From positions 301 to 64,300 of the forward strand of contig JAUVVY010000024.1 of NCBI GenBank assembly GCA_030604405.1: DNA of 64,000 bases, given 5' to 3'. This document shows, piece by piece, positions 58,168 through 64,000 of this stretch. Position numbers and translations under genes: made by a program. The notes under the pieces are model-generated. The model was not told the origin of the DNA. It saw only the letters and a program-made list of their open reading frames with translations, and searched no databases. The DNA comes from a bacterium. Lineage in GTDB: Bacteria; Armatimonadota; Zipacnadia; Zipacnadales; UBA11051. Position 1 is the stretch's first letter. Every line of letters starts with the position of its first letter.

Positions 58168-59316
58168 CTAACGGCTCCATTTGCGGACGATGGTAATCAA
58201 TATCAGGCTCATTGTCAGCAGGCCGACTACGACTTCCAGGCCGGCCAATGTCTTGCTTATGCCAGTAGCCGGCTGCATGTCGCCATAGCCAAGGCCGGTA
58301 AAGGTCACGACGCTGAAATAGACTGCATTGAGGAAGTTAAACACCCCGCCAATAGTCGGCGCCCACGCCACACCAGGACCGATCTGCACGTTCGCCGCGG
58401 TGTCAGTGAATCCACACAAATAGGCCTGGATTGTGGCAAAGATAAGCACCAGTAGCACGGCGATTTCGACCAGCCACCACGGCCGCTCCCCGTAGCCAAA
58501 GGAACGGTACATAAGCCACCACGCCAGCCGTTGGTACCACGGCGCCTGGGGGTGGTTGGGGGTCGCTATTGACATCTGCGCCCGCTTGCACTCCATCTCG
58601 CGGATGAAGAATTCCCCTGCCATCTGGTAATCCCCGGATTCGTGATAGCTCTGCTTTATCTTGCGACATGCGGTCTCCCCGGTCCTGAATAGCGGCAGTG
58701 CCGCTTCCTGTTTGCCTTCTCTCCTGGCGGCACGGGCCTCGCGTTCTTCGCGAATCACTATACTGCCGTCGTCAGCCCACGTCACATGATCCAGCCTGCT
58801 CTGCGGATCGAGTTGAACGCCTGAGAGCCGTGCGTTGGAGAGGTTAGCGCGGCGCAGATCTACCTTGCCTTCCAGCCTGGCGTCTGTCAGGTCGGCATGT
58901 TGCAGGTCGGCAAAGCGTAGGTCAGCGTCTTGCAGGTTGGCGTCCGTCAGATCGGCGTTATGCAGATCGGCTCTGACCAGGAATGCGTTTTGCAGGTTGG
59001 CGTCCATCAGTTGGGCATTTCGCAGTTTAGCGCCAAATAGCCTGGCATCTTCCAGGTCCGCCTCCCACAAGAGTGCACCGCGGTCTGCCGCCCGCTCTAA
59101 CTTTCGCTGAAGCTCACTCGGATCGCGCTCGCCCTCGTAATGAAATATGCAGCGCGGCTCGGCCAGCTCAGTGCCAAGATGGCGGGGCAAGCCGCAGCGG
59201 GTAGCTCTTCCGAACTCGTACTGGCACCGCTCGCCATGGTCTGGCCCGCCTTCGGGCCACTCGTCTGCCGGCCATCGCGCTTCGTTGTTCAAATACTCGA
59301 TACTGTGATCTGACAT
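58168..59316 (-). CDS. Pentapeptide-repeat domain fused to a two-transmembrane K+-channel-like pore
   Basis: ADLxxANLxxA(D/N)L pentapeptide repeats across residues about 85–165. C-terminal two helices flank TFTGLGYGD, a selectivity filter with Gly in place of the first Thr. Confidence 0.7.
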   Translation of the reverse strand: MSDHSIEYLNNEARWPADEWPEGGPDHGERCQYEFGRATRCGLPRHLGTELAEPRCIFHYEGERDPSELQRKLERAADRGALLWEADLEDARLFGAKLRNAQLMDANLQNAFLVRADLHNADLTDANLQDADLRFADLQHADLTDARLEGKVDLRRANLSNARLSGVQLDPQSRLDHVTWADDGSIVIREEREARAARREGKQEAALPLFRTGETACRKIKQSYHESGDYQMAGEFFIREMECKRAQMSIATPNHPQAPWYQRLAWWLMYRSFGYGERPWWLVEIAVLLVLIFATIQAYLCGFTDTAANVQIGPGVAWAPTIGGVFNFLNAVYFSVVTFTGLGYGDMQPATGISKTLAGLEVVVGLLTMSLILITIVRKWSR

Positions 59317-59339
59317 AGCAGATTCTCCATCTCAATTCA

Positions 59340-60005
59340 TCACTGGCCGAGGTTGACCCGCATCCCGATGAACGCACCGAAGCGGCAGCGGGCCGGCTGC
59401 TTGATCACGAGCTGGCGGAGGCAAACCGCGCCGCTCCAGTAGATGTCGGCCTGCTTGGTATTTGCGGCTGTGGCCTGGCGGCATAGCCGAGCAAGCTCGC
59501 CGGGTGTGAAGAACCGGGCGTCGCTGTAGCTATTACGCTTTAACAGGCCGGTGAATTTCCGCCATCTGCCCAGGAGACTCTGCTTATTCAGCACTCCCAG
59601 GATGATGCTTTCGCGGGCTACGCGGGCCGCCTCGCTCAGGGCCTTGTCCGGGTCATCAACGAACTCCAGCGCAGTGACTATCAAGGCAATGTCGAAGCTG
59701 TTGTCGGCAAATTCCAGATTCTCAGCGGACATCTGCTGCACCGTGGCTTTGTCGCCGAGTTTGGCCCGAGCTGCCTGCAGCATGGCATCGGAGTTGTCTA
59801 TGGCCGTGACCTCGTAGCCCATTTCGACCAGCCATAGGGAGAAATGGCCGGTGCCGCAGCCGATGTCGAGGATGCTCTTGCCCTGCGCCTGGCCCAGTAG
59901 TTCCGCCAGCAGTTGCTTTTCGAGCCTGTCGGCCCAGCGCCCAAAGCGCGTCTGGTACCAGCGGTCGTAGCGTCTCGCAATCCCTTCGGGAGAGTCTTGT
60001 GTCAT
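59340..60005 (-). CDS. Class I SAM-dependent methyltransferase (Methyltransf_11-like)
   Basis: ILDIGCGTGHFS motif I and acidic motif II. Start taken at MTQDSPEG. Confidence 0.75.
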   Translation of the reverse strand: MTQDSPEGIARRYDRWYQTRFGRWADRLEKQLLAELLGQAQGKSILDIGCGTGHFSLWLVEMGYEVTAIDNSDAMLQAARAKLGDKATVQQMSAENLEFADNSFDIALIVTALEFVDDPDKALSEAARVARESIILGVLNKQSLLGRWRKFTGLLKRNSYSDARFFTPGELARLCRQATAANTKQADIYWSGAVCLRQLVIKQPARCRFGAFIGMRVNLGQ

Positions 60006-60194
60006 GGTCCACCCCCTCTGGTCTGATGATTTGGGATCGCGCCTGCGCCCTCTGCAACCTACCACCCTCTGCTTCTACACTTGGGGTGCTCAGACCTGTC
60101 GCTCGCGGCGGAAATAGCCTTGCGGCAGGAATTTAGGTATAATGTACCGAAGCTGGGTTTGCTTTCAACCTGCGCATATAGAGGAAACAGCCGA

Positions 60195-61049
60195 ATGTTA
60201 GAACATGTCTTGATAGCGACTTCGCGCGCGGAGCTTAATGTTGACCTGCTTGTGGACCTGATTCGCAATATGCCGGTAGAGCAAGTGACACTGGTGCATT
60301 GCGTGGAATCAGTGCTGCCCTGGCCGCAGCGGGACAGGCGGCTAGTGCGTCGGGCCGAGGAGCAACTCGACCAGGAGGTGGGAGAGGCGCAAGAGCGCAC
60401 CGAGGTGCCGCTGGCGGCCGCTGTGCGGATCGGCATACCGGCCCAGCAGATACTGCAGGTCGCAAAGGACCGCAGCGCCGACACAATCATCATGAACGCC
60501 TTTGTCGGCATCCCCTGGCAGGAGTTTTTCCTCGGCAGCGTTTCGCTGGATATTATAAGACACGGCCCTACCAATATGCTGGTGCTGCACCCGCCGGCAG
60601 AAGACCAGGAGATGATCGGCGGACTGAAGCGACCGCTTCTGGAGCACATGCTGTTTCCCACCGACTTTTCGGACTTTGCGCTGTCTGCATTTGATGATTT
60701 CATCTCACTGGCCGACAAGGGAATGAAGCACGTCAGCCTGCTGCACGTGCAGGACGCCACCCGCCTCGAACCGCACCTGATGAACCGCCTGGCCGAGTTC
60801 GACGCTACTGATCGGGAGCGGTTGGAGGATATGGCCAAGCGGCTACGGCAGAATGGTGTGGAAGTTGACTTAAGAATTGAGTTGGGCGTTCCCGAGCAAA
60901 GCATCATCAGGGTAGCCAGCGAGCTGGAGGTGTCGTGCATCGCCATCGGCTCGCGCGGCCGCAGTCCCAACCAGGAGGAGCTATGGGGCAGCGTCTCCGA
61001 GCGCGTTGTGCGCAGAGCCGAGATGCCGGTGCTGATTATCAAGCAATAG
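60195..61049 (+). CDS. Tandem universal stress protein (UspA) domain protein
   Basis: Two USP alpha/beta domains. The C-terminal domain carries G-x2-G-x9-G(S/T)-like ATP motif remnants (IGSRGRS…GSVSERV). Confidence 0.75.
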   Translation: MLEHVLIATSRAELNVDLLVDLIRNMPVEQVTLVHCVESVLPWPQRDRRLVRRAEEQLDQEVGEAQERTEVPLAAAVRIGIPAQQILQVAKDRSADTIIMNAFVGIPWQEFFLGSVSLDIIRHGPTNMLVLHPPAEDQEMIGGLKRPLLEHMLFPTDFSDFALSAFDDFISLADKGMKHVSLLHVQDATRLEPHLMNRLAEFDATDRERLEDMAKRLRQNGVEVDLRIELGVPEQSIIRVASELEVSCIAIGSRGRSPNQEELWGSVSERVVRRAEMPVLIIKQ

Positions 61050-61128
61050 ATGATGGACCCCCTTTTTCCGTGAAACTCCCCGCTCGAATTGCGGCCGCTG
61101 ACATACCGAATCTCTCTGGAGTAAAGCC

Positions 61129-62688
61129 ATGAACCGGGGAAAAATCCTGCGCAGGTTGAGCCAGGTGGTATTCCTGGTCATTTTTGTGCTGCTGCTGCGC
61201 GCCGCGAAATGGCCCCTGCAAGACACAACTGCGGTGAGCCTGTTTCTGCGGGCCGATCCCCTGGCGGCACTGGTTACGGCTCTGGCACTGCCCCACTTCA
61301 CCAGCGCCGGCCAGCTCCTGTATCTGTTCGTCCCCGCGCTGGTCTTGCTGGTGCTGACAGCGCTGTTGGGGCGCTTCTTCTGCGGCTGGATATGCCCCCT
61401 GGGCACTTGCATTGACATCTTCCATACGGTGCTGGTGCGTCCGTTGAGGAAAAAGGACAGCCAGCGCGCCAACTGGCCGCAGTTGAAGTACTACATACTC
61501 GTCGCCATGCTCATCGCCGCGTTCTTCGGCACGCAGATCGCGTGGTTTCTCGACCCCATGCCGCTGATCACCCGCAGCTTCGCCACGGCGTTGCATCCGG
61601 CCCTGCTGAAGCTGCAGAACTGGCTGGTTGCGCATCCTGACGGGCCGCTTGCAGTACTGAGCTCGCGCCTGAGCCTCGAGGCAGTACGCGGCCGCAGCTT
61701 TGCGCTGGCCTGGCCGGTGGTGGGCTTTTTTGCCTTCGTGCTGGCACTGGGCTTCATCAGCCGGCGGTACTGGTGCCGCAACCTCTGCCCGCTGGGCGCT
61801 CTGCTGGCATTTGTGGGTCGGCATGGAATCTGGCGGCGGCATGTTACGGAGGCATGTGTGCGGTGCGAGCGCTGTATTAGCGACTGCAAGATGGGCGCTA
61901 TACCCGCCGACGAGCCGAGCCAGACGCGGACGCCGGAGTGTATCCTGTGTTACGACTGTGTCTCGTGCCCGCAGGTCGGGATCACTCGCATCAGCATATC
62001 GGTGGGCGGCGAGGGCATAGAGACCGGCACCGATGTGACGCGGCGGCGGCTCTTGGGAGCCGTGGGTGCGGGAGTGGTCTATGGCCTGTTAGCGCGCAGC
62101 CCACTGCCCGCTGCCCGCAAGGCCCGGGCGACACAGCACCAGTTCCTCATCAGGCCGCCCGGGGCCATCGTGCGCGACGAAAACGGCCAAATCGCCCGCA
62201 TGATGACCGAGAGCGAATTCCGCTCGCAGTGCCTGCGCTGCGGTGAGTGCATGAAGGCTTGCATCACCAACGTGATTCAGCCCGCCCTGCTCGAAAGCGG
62301 CCTTGACGGTCTCTATACGCCGGTCATCGTCGGGGCGGCCGGCTGGTGCGAGCAAACCTGCAATGTCTGCGGGCAGGTCTGCCCCAGCGGGGCCTTGCGG
62401 CCCTTCACACCAGAGGAAAAATATGGCATCCTGATCGCCGAGGCGCGCATTGACCAAACCAAGTGCCTCTCCTGGGGCAAAGGCGATGACTACCTCCTGT
62501 GCCTGGTGTGTGACGAGATGTGTTCGTATAATGCCATCACCGCCGAGGATACCGATGGCAGCGGGCAACTGCGCCCCGTAGTGCATCCGGATATCTGCGT
62601 CGGCTGCGGCATCTGCGAGTACAATTGCCCGGCCCAACCCGCAAGGGCGATTAGAATCTATCGCAGGGACGATCGGGATGCAACTTAG
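61129..62688 (+). CDS. NapH/MauN/NosR-like membrane-bound polyferredoxin
   Basis: N-terminal transmembrane region with FCGWICPLG and CRNLCPLG motifs. C-terminal C-x2-C-x2-C-x3-CP ferredoxin motifs. Confidence 0.7.
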   Translation: MNRGKILRRLSQVVFLVIFVLLLRAAKWPLQDTTAVSLFLRADPLAALVTALALPHFTSAGQLLYLFVPALVLLVLTALLGRFFCGWICPLGTCIDIFHTVLVRPLRKKDSQRANWPQLKYYILVAMLIAAFFGTQIAWFLDPMPLITRSFATALHPALLKLQNWLVAHPDGPLAVLSSRLSLEAVRGRSFALAWPVVGFFAFVLALGFISRRYWCRNLCPLGALLAFVGRHGIWRRHVTEACVRCERCISDCKMGAIPADEPSQTRTPECILCYDCVSCPQVGITRISISVGGEGIETGTDVTRRRLLGAVGAGVVYGLLARSPLPAARKARATQHQFLIRPPGAIVRDENGQIARMMTESEFRSQCLRCGECMKACITNVIQPALLESGLDGLYTPVIVGAAGWCEQTCNVCGQVCPSGALRPFTPEEKYGILIAEARIDQTKCLSWGKGDDYLLCLVCDEMCSYNAITAEDTDGSGQLRPVVHPDICVGCGICEYNCPAQPARAIRIYRRDDRDAT

Positions 62689-63610
62689 TCCGCAGGAGCG
62701 CAGCCGGCGGCTCAAGGGCTACGCGGCGATAGTAGCGTCTTCGGTCTGCAGTGGCTCGATGTGGCCGGTGCAAAAGGACCTGATGACCGAGGTCTCCCCG
62801 CTGCAGGCCAACTGGCTGATGATTGTGCCGGCGCTTGCGATGATACTGGTGATCTACCCGTGGCGCCGCCGCGGCCAGCAGCTCATTCCTCAGGGCGCTC
62901 CCCTCGGCTGGCTGGCGCTCTTCGCCATTTTCGCCTCCGCCATCTTCTACACGCGCAACGTCGGCACCCATCTTACCAGCGCCACCACTGCCGCACTGGT
63001 CGTGCGCCTGGAGTTGGCGATTGTCTTCGTGCTGAGCTATCTGATACTCAACAGCCGCGTATCGGCGGCAGGATGGATTGGTACGCTCGTGCTGCTGGTC
63101 GGAGCGTTAAGCGCGATGGACATTTCCTTCAGTGAGCTCAGCTTTGCCGCGCTGGGCATGGCTGCTCTTCTGACGGCGGCCATGCTGACGGCCACGAACG
63201 CCATCATTATCAAGCTGAACTTCAACAGGATTTCCAGCGACCTGCCGACAGCGGCGAGCATCGTCTGCCAGACCGTAGTATTCTCCGCGATACTGCTGGC
63301 TACCGGCAGGATGGGAGAGACGGTCGCAGCACTGGCCTCCGCAAAGGTGGTTGTCGAGGCTGTGCTATTGGGGTTGCTACTGCTGTGGGCGCTGCTGTTC
63401 TACTACTATTCGATGAAGCGCATCCCGTTGTGGTCGTGTCGGATACTTTCGCTGATCGCGCCGGTTGTGGCGGTGCTGGGCGACCATTTCTGGCTCGGCT
63501 CGACCATCAGCAGCGGGCAGCTCGTCGGCCTATTCGCCGTCCTGGTCGGCGCTGGCCTGGTGATCATGTCCAGCCGGGATGATACCAGCGAGCGCGTGCC
63601 CCATAGATAA
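62678..63610 (+). CDS. DMT-superfamily (EamA-like) transporter
   Basis: Ten hydrophobic helices in two 5-helix repeats. Confidence 0.7.
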   Translation: MQLSPQERSRRLKGYAAIVASSVCSGSMWPVQKDLMTEVSPLQANWLMIVPALAMILVIYPWRRRGQQLIPQGAPLGWLALFAIFASAIFYTRNVGTHLTSATTAALVVRLELAIVFVLSYLILNSRVSAAGWIGTLVLLVGALSAMDISFSELSFAALGMAALLTAAMLTATNAIIIKLNFNRISSDLPTAASIVCQTVVFSAILLATGRMGETVAALASAKVVVEAVLLGLLLLWALLFYYYSMKRIPLWSCRILSLIAPVVAVLGDHFWLGSTISSGQLVGLFAVLVGAGLVIMSSRDDTSERVPHR

Positions 63611-63617
63611 TCATCAC

Positions 63618-63668
63618 GTAGCTCAGCCATCCCCCAAAAAATCCCGTGGGTCGGGCTTCCAGCCCGAC
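63618..63668. repeat. Terminator-like hairpin repeat gtcgggcttccagcccgac preceded by a gtagctcagccatcccccaaaaaatcccgtggg module
   Basis: Same hairpin family as 4941..4960, 5020..5039 and 36759..36778. Sits 8–60 nt after the transporter stop codon. Confidence 0.45.
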
Positions 63669-63777
63669 TCCTTTGTCCGCCTTTGCTTCGTCGCAGTGTT
63701 ACGGGTACGGCCGTCTCAAAGCGGCCAATCTCTACCGTCTGACCTCATTGAACCAATCGTGCAAAGGAGTGTAAGCA

Positions 63778-64000
63778 ATGGCGCAAAAGATCGAGTGCCC
63801 TAAATGTGGGGCAGAAAACTACAGCACCGATAGCATTTGTTTGGAGTGTGGACAGTCGCTCATACAAGAGCGTGCTCCGGCGGCAAGAGACGCCCCTGAG
63901 CCCGTTCGGCCCGCCGAAGCAGAGCCCAAAGACGAACCTGAAGCCGGTAAGCAAGCCAAGGCCGGGATGCCCCTGCTTTGGCGCGTCTTGCTGGTATCAG
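63778..64000 (+). CDS. Zinc-ribbon protein (C-x2-C…C-x2-C); 3' end lies outside the window
   Basis: MAQKIECPKCGAENYSTDSICLECGQS, then a low-complexity P/E/A-rich linker and a hydrophobic segment. Confidence 0.4.
   Translation, partial: MAQKIECPKCGAENYSTDSICLECGQSLIQERAPAARDAPEPVRPAEAEPKDEPEAGKQAKAGMPLLWRVLLVS

Overview
This is a GC-rich bacterial chromosomal window with about 55 protein-coding genes, one tRNA-Gln(UUG) and a very high density of short intergenic repeats. I found no rRNA, no CRISPR array and no integrase or transposase. Two features point loosely to a PVC-superphylum- or Armatimonadota-like organism: DUF1559-type prepilin proteins and a GspG-like pseudopilin. I cannot confirm this without searches. 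The sequence context also appeared shifted in places, so coordinates are anchored to the ORF track wherever I could.

Housekeeping genes, in order along the window:
- proB and proA, in reversed order (proA upstream), separated by a tandem repeat array
- endonuclease III
- an R3H-AAA ATPase, then tmk, then holB
- pth and ribosomal protein L25 (ctc form)
- ispE and rsmA
- an argCJBD operon

Accessory content includes sugar and sugar-acid catabolism genes: L-rhamnose isomerase, an enolase-superfamily dehydratase, a DSD1-family enzyme, nagB and several glycosidases and glycosyltransferases. Three URO-D-like paralogs are also present.

The best candidate for a new system is a two-gene operon sitting in a visibly lower-GC stretch (about 6.3–9.1 kb) between proA and a cold-shock gene. 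Its first gene is a DUF262 ParB-like protein with DGQQR and FQR motifs. Its second is a translationally coupled, all-helical protein with an R-x4-H (RNAIAH) HEPN-like motif. The same stretch carries a diverged fragment of a glycosyltransferase gene.

Other items worth a second look:
- An AmmeMemoRadiSam system in which the radical SAM enzyme carries a twin-arginine signal and the fused Memo-AMMECR1 protein a lipoprotein signal. It is packed into an apparent operon with a SAM methyltransferase and a pentapeptide-repeat K+-channel fusion.
- Tandem paralogs combining a prepilin leader, a DUF1559 N-terminus and a FecR-like C-terminal domain.
- An approximately 107-bp MITE-like element with terminal inverted repeats, present in four copies; one copy has 8-bp flanking direct repeats.
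- A mosaic family of hairpin repeats. One tandem array has duplicated the last codons of proA together with its downstream hairpin.
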